A DNA stretch of 64,000 nt from an uncultured Gammaproteobacteria bacterium (GCA_964648205.1 CAZYNT010000002.1:11371-75370), one strand, 5' to 3'; shown: positions 1 to 7,733, counted from the stretch's first letter. A program made the numbers and translations. Notes: a model not told the origin generated them from the letters alone.

Positions 1-162
1 TTTTACAACAATAAAGGCACCGAGAAAGATGATAAAAAAAGCTAATCCTTTTAAGATTTTTTTCAAAGATAGCTTTTTCCAGTTTTTAGGATTAAATTTT
101 TTGTAATTAATTTCAGCTTTATAGATTTTAAAATGCATTATTTTTTTAAGAAGATTTGACAT
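1..162 (-). CDS. hypothetical membrane protein, N-terminal part (gene runs off the left edge)
   Basis: ATG at 162-160 (minus) opens MSNLLKKIMHFKIYKAEINYKKFNPKNWKKLSLKKILKGLAFFIIFLGAFIVVK... The frame stays open to position 1 and has a hydrophobic stretch. It is missing from the ORF track because it is truncated. Confidence 0.25.
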   Translation of the reverse strand, partial: MSNLLKKIMHFKIYKAEINYKKFNPKNWKKLSLKKILKGLAFFIIFLGAFIVVK

Positions 163-169
163 ATTTTTA

Positions 170-763
170 TTATTTAAGCTCTTTGTTTAGTTGTTTAAAG
201 CCACTACTATCTAGATATTCGCTAACATAAAATTTCTCATCCCTAATGTCAAAAGCTTCTTTAGTTTTTGGGTTTATCCAAAAATAATAACTAAATCTTA
301 CTCCATGAATTTTTTTATACTTTCTAGTTAATTCTTGTAATTTTTTTGTAGGAATAATAATTGAATGTGGACTTAATGTTCTTCGACCTATTTTTGCGTC
401 TTCTTCTATAATATATACTAAAAAAATAAAATATTCTGCCGTTGCTTTGAATATAGTTTTTTCTTCAAGATAAAACCACCCAACATTCCCATGGCCATAT
501 TTAAGAAGTTCACTTTTTTTTGGCTCAAAAGCTTTACTGCCTTTAACTTGAATTGTTGCTGCTTTTTTGTTATCAACATTCATTACAACTAAATCAACAC
601 CTTTCATTTGGGCATTCATTGGCATTAATACTTCAATATTTCTGTGAGTTTCACTCCTTAATATTCCAGCGACAACAGCCTCGTCAGTATTTAAACTCCA
701 AAAGTTTTTATAAGTACTGCCCATAAATTTATTTTTAGTTATATAAATTTTTATAATTATCAC
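170..763 (-). CDS. PD-(D/E)XK-type nuclease-like protein (DUF4365-like arrangement)
   Basis: The ORF track gives 197 aa. GVDLVVMN...ATIQVKGS resembles the D...(E/Q)xK core of restriction-endonuclease-fold proteins. The GTG start at 763 overlaps the upstream gene; an ATG at 724 is an equally plausible start. Confidence 0.35.
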   Translation of the reverse strand: MIIIKIYITKNKFMGSTYKNFWSLNTDEAVVAGILRSETHRNIEVLMPMNAQMKGVDLVVMNVDNKKAATIQVKGSKAFEPKKSELLKYGHGNVGWFYLEEKTIFKATAEYFIFLVYIIEEDAKIGRRTLSPHSIIIPTKKLQELTRKYKKIHGVRFSYYFWINPKTKEAFDIRDEKFYVSEYLDSSGFKQLNKELK

Positions 764-1262
764 TATCTAAAGACTCTTTATGCATAGCAAATAATATCTT
801 ATCTATTTCTCTTGGCGTTAGCTTATTATCTTTGGCTAAATTTCTAATAATTGAAAGATATTCGAGCCAAACATTTAATGAAATATGTTTTTTTATGTTT
901 TGATTTAATTTGTTTAGCATTTCTATACATCTTATATCAATTACAGCATATTTATCCGGGAAGACTACTGTTAACATAGCTGACGCCATAGGTATGCCAA
1001 CTCCTTTTAGTTCGCATAATTTTTCCATCTTTTTTCTTTCGTCGCTTTCCTTAAAAGCATTTTTAGTTATTTTCTTTATTGTTTGCTCATTTTTCCGATA
1101 GTTATTTTTCTGACGAACGGATTTCCACATGCAAATTTTAAAAAATTCTTGAAAATTTATAAATCCCCTTTTTTTAATTTTTGGACCAATAAAATTAAAA
1201 AGGTATTCCTCTTGATTATATAAATCTAAATATTTTTTTGCATTTGAAATTTTCATACTCAT
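735..1262 (-). CDS. helix-hairpin-helix motif protein, function unknown
   Basis: 175 aa. LKGVGIPMASAMLTVVFPDKYAVIDIR looks like an HhH (GVG) DNA-binding motif. The gene is tightly coupled to the downstream nuclease-like gene. Confidence 0.3.
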   Translation of the reverse strand: MSMKISNAKKYLDLYNQEEYLFNFIGPKIKKRGFINFQEFFKICMWKSVRQKNNYRKNEQTIKKITKNAFKESDERKKMEKLCELKGVGIPMASAMLTVVFPDKYAVIDIRCIEMLNKLNQNIKKHISLNVWLEYLSIIRNLAKDNKLTPREIDKILFAMHKESLDSDNYKNLYN

Positions 1263-1277
1263 CCATTTATTATATAT

Positions 1278-2669
1278 TTATGGCAAACAAATTAAATTGC
1301 TAACACTAGAATATGGAATAAACACTTTTGGTATGCCAACAGCGCCAGGAGTTATGTCGTAGGGCTGAAAAACTAATACGAAGCCTGACCCATTTAATAA
1401 AACGTTTTTAAAGTTATCTGCCTTGGGTGTTCCGTTATCAAATATTGTCCCAGCTTCAAGATATGAATATTGATTAGGCAAATCAATTTCCGCTAATTTA
1501 AATAATTCGTTTGCATAGTCGGAATTACAAAATAATTCACTCGCCTGTAATTCTTTGTCTGATTTTAAGTCATAATTAATTGTTACAGAATTAGAATGAT
1601 TTCCATTACCACCGCCGGTATAGTCTGATATTACCAATTCCAGGCTAACAATATCATTAATAATTGAATTTATTTCAAAGGTTGAATACAAATTAACACT
1701 ACAGTATATATGATATTCCTCAGCTCCGACGCAAAAGGGATCGGTTAATTCTTCTCCGCCTATACCAATTCCCATTTTTTCAGTTTCTAACCACTCAGCG
1801 ACCATTTGCTTGTCGCTTGATAAATTTTTATCAATTATGTCCTTTATATATTTATTTAAACCACTCACCTCACCTCCACCAATAAATACAGGATATTCTA
1901 ATTTAATATCGGCATAATTATTATTTTCTTTTATTGTTTCAGTTTTCCATTTTAAAGAGGCGTACTTATTTGATTTTGATAAATTATTAAATATCTCTTT
2001 ATTTGCATTATAAAAAGAAACTGGAACTGCCAAATCAATATTTTCAATGGCGCTACCAATTTTCTCCAAGTTCTCTATAATCCATTTATCAGCTATATTT
2101 TTTACATCTTCTTTATCTCTCCCAACTATTTTTTGCTGATATATAATGGAGTAAGTAGAACCATTATCTTCAAATACTTTTATAATTGATATGATTGTAT
2201 TTTCTCCATAATAATCACCAGCTGTTTTAGTGGTTATATAATATGATTCTCTTTCTTGTTTATCAGGGGCAGTAAATGGCGATAATAATTCATCTCCATT
2301 TTCTTTACTTTGATTAAGAATTCCATTTGATAAATCTTTGGCGGATATTTTGTTTCCGTATTGATTTATAATTAATTTTGATTTTGAGTCAACATTTTCT
2401 CCCTTAGGCACATAATACATTGCCAACCCGTCATTAATTGTCCCAACAAAATTTAAATTATAATCTATCTCAGAAAATTTTATTGTATATTGTCCGTATA
2501 TTGTGGAGCTAATAGGGGTTGGCTGATCACTATTTATTACTTTATTTTTATTTTCTACATTATTTTTTGAAGAATTTAATAGTTGATTTATAAAAATAGA
2601 AATTAATACAACAGTAACAAATAATGTAATAATTATTAATATGTTTTTAATAATATTCTTTTGGGGCAT
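1278..2669 (-). CDS. membrane-anchored extracytoplasmic protein, DUF3298/DUF4163-like C-terminus
   Basis: 463 aa with an N-terminal TM helix (ILIIITLFVTVVLISIFI). The C-terminal ...VLVFQPYDITPGAVGIPKVFIPYSSV pattern is typical of RsiV/PdaC-type DUF3298 domains. Confidence 0.4.
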   Translation of the reverse strand: MPQKNIIKNILIIITLFVTVVLISIFINQLLNSSKNNVENKNKVINSDQPTPISSTIYGQYTIKFSEIDYNLNFVGTINDGLAMYYVPKGENVDSKSKLIINQYGNKISAKDLSNGILNQSKENGDELLSPFTAPDKQERESYYITTKTAGDYYGENTIISIIKVFEDNGSTYSIIYQQKIVGRDKEDVKNIADKWIIENLEKIGSAIENIDLAVPVSFYNANKEIFNNLSKSNKYASLKWKTETIKENNNYADIKLEYPVFIGGGEVSGLNKYIKDIIDKNLSSDKQMVAEWLETEKMGIGIGGEELTDPFCVGAEEYHIYCSVNLYSTFEINSIINDIVSLELVISDYTGGGNGNHSNSVTINYDLKSDKELQASELFCNSDYANELFKLAEIDLPNQYSYLEAGTIFDNGTPKADNFKNVLLNGSGFVLVFQPYDITPGAVGIPKVFIPYSSVSNLICLP

Positions 2670-2721
2670 ATATTTAATTTAATATTTTAATTATACCACT
2701 TTATCAATAAATCCCCTAAAA

Positions 2722-3009
2722 TCAGCTTAATTCGTAAAATTCCACCGAAATATAGTCTTCACCGGTTGCCCTTTCTAGTAAATTGGCATGATCTCGATTA
2801 GATATAATTTTATAAGCAAATACCCTGTCCCAAAAATTCTCTTTATTTTTAGCTCCCATGGAAAAACAGTGAGCAAAGTTAATCCCATAGCCAGTTCCTA
2901 AAATTGTATAATATTGTTCTTCCCCTTCTTCTAAACCATAAATCATGATATCTTCATCGGGTCCGTTTGAAGATGTTCTTCTAATTAGTTCTACATTCTT
3001 TTTTTTCAT
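2722..3009 (-). CDS. hypothetical protein (95 aa)
   Basis: Clean ORF with an ATG start, preceded by a structured leader and an intrinsic terminator. No recognisable motif. Confidence 0.4.
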   Translation of the reverse strand: MKKKNVELIRRTSSNGPDEDIMIYGLEEGEEQYYTILGTGYGINFAHCFSMGAKNKENFWDRVFAYKIISNRDHANLLERATGEDYISVEFYELS

Positions 3010-3024
3010 AAATTTAATTATTAA

Positions 3025-3058
3025 TAATAAAAAAGCTCTTCCCCAACAAAGGAAAGAG
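3025..3058 (-). terminator. intrinsic terminator/attenuator hairpin about 25 nt upstream of the 95-aa gene
   Basis: On the minus strand, CUCUUUCC-UUUGUUG-GGGAAGAG (8 bp including one G.U) is followed by CUUUUUUAUUAUU. Confidence 0.5.
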
Positions 3059-3080
3059 TTTTTATTTATGAAAATAAAAA

Positions 3081-3190
3081 ATCGACCTTTATCTTTCCCT
3101 CATCGGGCTAGATTTAGCACCTTCCGGATGGATTGCTCCGGGGTTGCTGGCAGGTCTTAGGGCTAGTTCCCTCGCTGCACTCTTTATAAA
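3081..3190 (-). ncRNA. GC-rich structured RNA element of unknown class (leader or small RNA)
   Basis: An island of roughly 110 nt that is much GC-richer than its AT-rich flanks. It has local hairpins AGGG-AACUAG-CCCU, CCGGA-GCAAUCCA-UCCGG and CCC-GAUGA-GGG. The motifs GAGGGAA and CUAGCCC each occur twice in swapped order. A long-range GACCU/AGGUC pairing is followed by a U-run. Confidence 0.3.
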
Positions 3191-3213
3191 ACGATTATTT
3201 AGTTGTAATTACA

Positions 3214-3795
3214 TTATAACAGTATTTCTTCTGCTCTACAATAAACCTCTTCTAATTCAGTAACAATTGGATTATCTAATCTAGTTCTCATAAACTTTAA
3301 GATCTCCTTATAAAGCCAAAGTTTCTTTTCTTTAGGAGAATTGAAGTTATCCCACAAAGCCTCGCCCTTCTCCTGATAAGCCTTTATCATCGACTGAAGA
3401 TTATGGATCTTATCAGCCGCACAAACCATCAAAGATTCTTCGCTGTCATGCTCCAATCCCGCTAAATATTTCATTTTCCTTTCTTCCCAAGTAGCTTTTT
3501 CATCACTTTCAACATTGGGGTCTTTGTCCTCGCTGGCTCCTTTAACTATCTGAGCTACCTTCTCACCGAAGTCTCTTACCATATCTTCATAGTAGTAACC
3601 TTTGACGTCTTCTAAGACGTCGTGCAGAATACCGGCCACGATAATATACTCATCCTCAGTATAATTGCTTAATATCCAGGCCACAGAAAAGGGGTGGCTG
3701 ATATAAGGCAAACCTGAGTCCCCTTTTCTAACCTGGCCCAAGTGAAGTCGGCTAGCTAAATTAATTGCTTGTTGTATTTTTTGAGTTAATTTCAT
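3214..3795 (-). CDS. standalone HD-domain hydrolase of the RelA/SpoT (HD_4, small-alarmone-hydrolase-like) type
   Basis: 193 aa. HLGQVRKGDSGLPYISHPFSVAWIL...VAGILHDVLEDV matches the HxxQxRK...PYxxHP...LHDxxED pattern of the (p)ppGpp hydrolase domain. The same pattern appears in the long Rel at 50652. Confidence 0.6.
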   Translation of the reverse strand: MKLTQKIQQAINLASRLHLGQVRKGDSGLPYISHPFSVAWILSNYTEDEYIIVAGILHDVLEDVKGYYYEDMVRDFGEKVAQIVKGASEDKDPNVESDEKATWEERKMKYLAGLEHDSEESLMVCAADKIHNLQSMIKAYQEKGEALWDNFNSPKEKKLWLYKEILKFMRTRLDNPIVTELEEVYCRAEEILL

Positions 3796-4288
3796 ATTGG
3801 TATTTATTATAATTACTAGCTAAAAATCTCAAGGAGTTAATGACTTCCCCTCTGTCCCTCATTATATTTCCGCCAGATTCACAGAATAAAACAATCATGC
3901 CACCATCTATTTCTTTATTCTCATACTTTTTATCCAGAACGTCAATAAATTCATTAAACTTAACAGCTTGATCGTTTAGTATGTCGTTTATCATTTGAAC
4001 CAAATCTCCAGTATCATATTTTGGAATTTCAACCCGTTCTTGCCCTGGATCAAGAATAAAGATAGTGAATCTTTCAGCCAAATCTAAGGCAGCACTTCTA
4101 AGAATAATAGTAGCTCCAACAAGCCCTCCTAATAAGTCACGAGCCTGCTTTTCTAAATCTTCAGATATGCTCTGCTCATTTAGTTTAGCGGCCATAAACA
4201 TCACATTTTCTTCAATATCGTCTATATTCCAATATATCCGAGAGCAACGTTCCTGCATCATTTCTTCTAAACTATTTAATTTATTCAT
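3761..4288 (-). CDS. hypothetical protein (175 aa)
   Basis: ATG with a good SD (GAGGUGA, 7 nt upstream). It overlaps the downstream HD gene by 35 nt. No recognisable motif. Confidence 0.45.
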   Translation of the reverse strand: MNKLNSLEEMMQERCSRIYWNIDDIEENVMFMAAKLNEQSISEDLEKQARDLLGGLVGATIILRSAALDLAERFTIFILDPGQERVEIPKYDTGDLVQMINDILNDQAVKFNEFIDVLDKKYENKEIDGGMIVLFCESGGNIMRDRGEVINSLRFLASNYNKYQYEINSKNTTSN

Positions 4289-4320
4289 ATTTTATCACCT
4301 CTCTTTCTAGCTCAACAAAC

Positions 4321-4388
4321 AAAAAAAAGCGGCTAAGAGATTTCATCAAAAGATATTACTATCTCTTAGATTGAAATCTTCCAACCGC
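4321..4388 (-). terminator. long intrinsic terminator/attenuator about 30 nt upstream of the 175-aa gene
   Basis: On the minus strand, GCGG...CUAAGAGAU-(19 nt)-AUCUCUUAG-CCGC (9 bp plus 4 bp) is followed by eight U. Confidence 0.55.
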
Positions 4389-4519
4389 CTTCAGCGATCA
4401 GTCACTTATTTCATCTGGCTTGCCGCAGATTTCCCAGCTTGCCTACCCGTATAAAACAGGAGAAATAAATGGCACTTTTTAGGCTCAGTGCTAGAGTTAG
4501 GTTTGTTAAGGATATTAAT

Positions 4520-4548
4520 ATTATAGCAGAAATAGGGGAAAAGTCCAA
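4520..4548 (-). promoter_or_regulatory. sigma70-like promoter (TTGGAC-17 nt-TATAAT) driving a ~190-nt leader
   Basis: On the minus strand the -35 TTGGAC lies at 4548-4543, followed by a 17-nt spacer and the -10 TATAAT at 4525-4520. It sits immediately downstream of the stop of the 4561-5163 gene. Confidence 0.4.
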
Positions 4549-4560
4549 TATATTCAAAAT

Positions 4561-5163
4561 TTAATAAACTATATATGTGTTTATCAATATTTTATTAATA
4601 ATTTCAATTTCGTCATTAACAATCTTATTCATTATATTTTTATGCATTACTTCTACTAGGTCGCCGAACAACTCAAGATTAATAATTGTTTTATTTTTAT
4701 CATTTTTTGTTTCATGTTTCCCATCCCATTTTTCTTCAGGAAAAATTATTAAATCATTACTCATAGAACCAGAAGTTACCATGAAATGATGTATTTTGTC
4801 TTTATCTTTTGTGCTGTTGTTATAAAGATGATAATTATGAGCGAAGGAACAGCGCAAAGAATATATAGCTTTCCTCTCTTTATCATTTAACTGAGTGAAG
4901 TATTTTAATGCACTTATGAAGTCGTTTTCATTATTATTTTCATTTTTTAATTTTATCACTCCTCCCACATGATCAACTAAAGCCATATATCCTAAAGCCC
5001 CCAACCAGCAGCCATGTTCTCTGTTCAACTTTTTTCCTGTTCTAATATTTCTAGCAGCAACACGTCTTGCATCAATCAATGCTGCCATATACGGAGACTT
5101 CCATGTTTTTCCATCTTGGTATTTCCGTGGATATTTAAAATATCTAAGCAACTCTCCATTCAT
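4561..5163 (-). CDS. hypothetical protein with an Rx4H (HEPN-like) motif
   Basis: 200 aa. ...AIYSLRCSFAHNYHL... contains R-x4-H in a helical context, as in HEPN/Abi-type RNases. The assignment is weak. Confidence 0.3.
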   Translation of the reverse strand: MNGELLRYFKYPRKYQDGKTWKSPYMAALIDARRVAARNIRTGKKLNREHGCWLGALGYMALVDHVGGVIKLKNENNNENDFISALKYFTQLNDKERKAIYSLRCSFAHNYHLYNNSTKDKDKIHHFMVTSGSMSNDLIIFPEEKWDGKHETKNDKNKTIINLELFGDLVEVMHKNIMNKIVNDEIEIINKILINTYIVY

Positions 5164-5205
5164 TTTTTATAAATTACTAATTAAAAAGAAATATTTTTTA
5201 AATTT

Positions 5206-5385
5206 TTATTTTTTAACTATTTTATATTCTTTTTGCAAAAACATTAGATCTTGTTCTAATTTATTCAACAATTTAATATGTTTATTTATATGCTCTGGGG
5301 TTTGTTTTATTAAACTTAAGACAGTTGCCAATGTTCCGAAATAATCTTCAGATTTTATATGAAATTTTATTGATTTTTGGGACAT
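5206..5385 (-). CDS. small conserved protein (59 aa), paralog of the 63640-63921 product
   Basis: Found by hand: MSQKSIKFHIKSEDYFGTLATVLSLIKQTPEHINKHIKLLNKLEQDLMFLQKEYKIVKK. Its start overlaps the upstream stop as TAATG. It shares KFHxxxxDYFGTxATxLSxIKQ...LExDLxxLQxxYxI with the ORF at 63640. Confidence 0.5.
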   Translation of the reverse strand: MSQKSIKFHIKSEDYFGTLATVLSLIKQTPEHINKHIKLLNKLEQDLMFLQKEYKIVKK

Positions 5386-6026
5386 TATTTTTTTAAATTT
5401 AATTGCTCTTTCTTTATTAAATTATGCATAAACTTTAAAAATGGATATAAATTTATTTTATCTACCGCTGAACGTTCCGCCTTAGTCAGCTCGCTGTGCG
5501 GCCTACTAAACCCATTTGGGATTAAAAAACTAGACATTGGATAACCCGAATCGATTATCGGAGAAAATTTTTTGGTAACTTTATTAACCTGTAATGTTTT
5601 CAGGGTTTCTATATAATTATTATTTGGATTATAATAAGACATGCTAAATTCCCATATAAATTCTAGATTATCTTCTGGGTAGAGATTAAAAATATTTTTC
5701 CAAATATTTAAAACCTCACTATCGCTTTGCTCAATATTTTTTTTAAAACGACGAACAAAAACTCCGGGCTGCTCATTTTCTGGCAAAAAATTTGTTTTCA
5801 CCGCCTCATCTATGGCTATTGTTGGAATCTTGCTTATTTCACCATATTGCCTTGCTTTATGTTCTGAATTTTTTGAAGAACTGTTAAAAGGTTCATCAAC
5901 TTTAAAATTAATACCCAAATCCATAAGGGTTACAATTTTTAAATCACTAACTTCAGAAAATAACTCCTTATATCTTTTTATTTTTGCCTGATTATGTGAA
6001 GCGAAAAGAACATTCAGCATAAACAT
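5385..6026 (-). CDS. divergent Ham1/RdgB-family (ITPase-like) protein
   Basis: 213 aa. It is collinear with RdgB: VLFASHNQAKIKRYKELF vs LATGNxGKxxE; DEPFNSSSKNSEHKA vs EETGxTFxENAxxKA; a later SGYP vs FGYDP. Several catalytic positions are substituted. Confidence 0.5.
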   Translation of the reverse strand: MFMLNVLFASHNQAKIKRYKELFSEVSDLKIVTLMDLGINFKVDEPFNSSSKNSEHKARQYGEISKIPTIAIDEAVKTNFLPENEQPGVFVRRFKKNIEQSDSEVLNIWKNIFNLYPEDNLEFIWEFSMSYYNPNNNYIETLKTLQVNKVTKKFSPIIDSGYPMSSFLIPNGFSRPHSELTKAERSAVDKINLYPFLKFMHNLIKKEQLNLKK

Positions 6027-6033
6027 TTTTGTA

Positions 6034-6630
6034 TTACATTTTAATTTTTTTTCTGGTTGAATTACTATTTAAGCTTTTTTTGGTTATTTCGGAATGTTCC
6101 ACTTTAATTTCCTCTGGCCAATCCATGCCCTGCTCTTGAACATTCCAATCCGGATATTTATTATTTTCTCGAGATAAATAATCAGCAATACAACATTCTT
6201 CAATTAATTTGCAATTTATACTCGCATTAGCTACCTTATGTTTACCAAAAAGTCCCTTTATTTCATAATCAAAATCATCATGATAAATCATATAGAATTC
6301 TATTTTAGATCCTTGCATAATGGTGTGGTATAAAAAATACCAAACACCAAAACTTCTAATACTCGGCCTGCCTTTTATTCCGCCGTCTCTATATATGGAA
6401 AGCGTTCCCTTAATTCCTCCTTTATCTTGAGAGGCGCCAATTTTTTTAATTACTCCGTCGACAACAATTATATAAACACGAGCATAATTTTTAGTTAAAA
6501 TATCTTTAGGCAGATGGTTGCCATTTTCATCTACTAAATTAGTAGAATAATTAAAATTTAATTTCGTTGAATTTTTTACATATTCAATGTCAGCAATTTT
6601 AAAGGCCGTTTTTACTTCTTTAATTAACAT
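6034..6630 (-). CDS. GIY-YIG-like nuclease, candidate restriction endonuclease
   Basis: 198 aa. ARVYIIVVDGVIKKIGAS fits the GIY-(x9-11)-YIG spacing, with downstream Arg (IYRDGG) and Glu (KIEFY). It lies 3 nt downstream of the methyltransferase gene. Confidence 0.4.
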   Translation of the reverse strand: MLIKEVKTAFKIADIEYVKNSTKLNFNYSTNLVDENGNHLPKDILTKNYARVYIIVVDGVIKKIGASQDKGGIKGTLSIYRDGGIKGRPSIRSFGVWYFLYHTIMQGSKIEFYMIYHDDFDYEIKGLFGKHKVANASINCKLIEECCIADYLSRENNKYPDWNVQEQGMDWPEEIKVEHSEITKKSLNSNSTRKKIKM

Positions 6631-6633
6631 ATA

Positions 6634-7614
6634 TTATCCAATTATTAATAATTCATGAGAACTTTTGATATTTTTATTATCATAATTTCTTTCTAATCTA
6701 TTTTTTCCTATTCTTGTTTCCCCCTGCCCCATAGTATACTGCCATGCGATCTCAACAATTTTAAAATCTTTATAAGCTTTCCGCACCCAAGAGCAATCAT
6801 TATAAGATAAAATGAATCCGCCCTTGTGATTTTTTAATAATTCAGCGAGACGTTCGTGATTAAATCCATTATGATGAATAGGAAAGTTTCTCATAGGATA
6901 TATACCCCTAAACATTTTACTATCACCCTCTAAAAAATATGGTGGGTCTAAATAAAGAAAATCTTTTTTGTGCTTTTGTATAGAAGTAATAAAATCTTCA
7001 CAGTATACTTTAATATTTGGGGCATTAAAATTTTCTACTTTTTTAAGCATGGATTTATATTTTTTTTCGTCAGTATAAATTGACGACATCCAACCCAAAA
7101 ACCCTGGTCCATAACTTAAATTGTGATTAAAATAATAATACGTAGCTAAATCTAAATTACTATAATTATTTTTTAATAACCCATCTTTTTTATTCCATAT
7201 TTCTTTCAGTATATTTTTTACTCTTTCATATTCATCTTTATTGTTATTCAAAAGACATAATCTCTTATAGAGCTCTTGTGGTTTAGATATTTGGATGTTC
7301 CAATAATTAACTAGTAATTCAAAAATATCGTAGGCTATAACTTTTACGCCCAATTCTTTAGCAAGCGCAACTTCGATGCTTCCTCCACCAATAAACGGGC
7401 TTACCACTTTTTTTATATTTTCCGGAAAATATTCTAAAATTTTTCCAACCGCCAAAGTTTTGCCACCGCCATAGCGCAAAGGGCTTTTGACATATCTTTT
7501 ATAACCATTTTTCGATTGAAGTTGTTTTAAAAATAGACTTTTTTTAGATAAATTATTTTTATCTTCAAAATTAGTATTCCGAATTTTGCCTTTCCTCTGT
7601 TTATGTTTTGTCAC
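6634..7614 (-). CDS. Dam-like (D12 class) N6-adenine DNA methyltransferase
   Basis: 326 aa with a GTG start. SPLRYGGGK..., FIGGGSIE (SAM-binding FxGxG) and YLDPPY (the DPPY catalytic motif) are all present. Confidence 0.85.
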   Translation of the reverse strand: MTKHKQRKGKIRNTNFEDKNNLSKKSLFLKQLQSKNGYKRYVKSPLRYGGGKTLAVGKILEYFPENIKKVVSPFIGGGSIEVALAKELGVKVIAYDIFELLVNYWNIQISKPQELYKRLCLLNNNKDEYERVKNILKEIWNKKDGLLKNNYSNLDLATYYYFNHNLSYGPGFLGWMSSIYTDEKKYKSMLKKVENFNAPNIKVYCEDFITSIQKHKKDFLYLDPPYFLEGDSKMFRGIYPMRNFPIHHNGFNHERLAELLKNHKGGFILSYNDCSWVRKAYKDFKIVEIAWQYTMGQGETRIGKNRLERNYDNKNIKSSHELLIIG

Positions 7615-7733
7615 ATTAATTGTATATTTAATTTATAATAAAGATTACTTATATTTTACCAATAATTTGTCATCCTGTAAATTAAAAATATTTAAAAATA
7701 GCCATAATTTATTAACTTGCCCACTAAAACATT

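Noticed and set aside
2945-3160. Plus-strand 71-aa ORF across the 3010-3213 intergenic region.
   Set aside because: It coincides with the terminator and the GC-rich structured element and has a low-complexity start. An RNA element is the better explanation.
3081-3190. Possible SRP (4.5S) RNA, because the minus strand contains UCCGGAAGG.
   Set aside because: The conserved 3'-side AGCA motif is not in the expected position. The sequence also does not fold into the single long hairpin expected for bacterial SRP RNA.
4400-4445. Resemblance of GGCAAGC...GAAA...GCGGCAAGCC to the GGCAAACC / ACGCAAAGCC cores of c-di-GMP-I riboswitches.
   Set aside because: The spacing is far too short, and the P2 helix and tetraloop-receptor parts are not recognisable. 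It is kept only as an unknown-class leader.
4469-4564. Plus-strand 31-aa ORF (MALFRLSARVRFVKDINIIAEIGEKSNIFKI) with a perfect AGGAG SD.
   Set aside because: It is not called as a gene. No plus-strand promoter is recognisable, and the region is better explained by the minus-strand promoter, leader and terminator. It is noted as an alternative in the findings.
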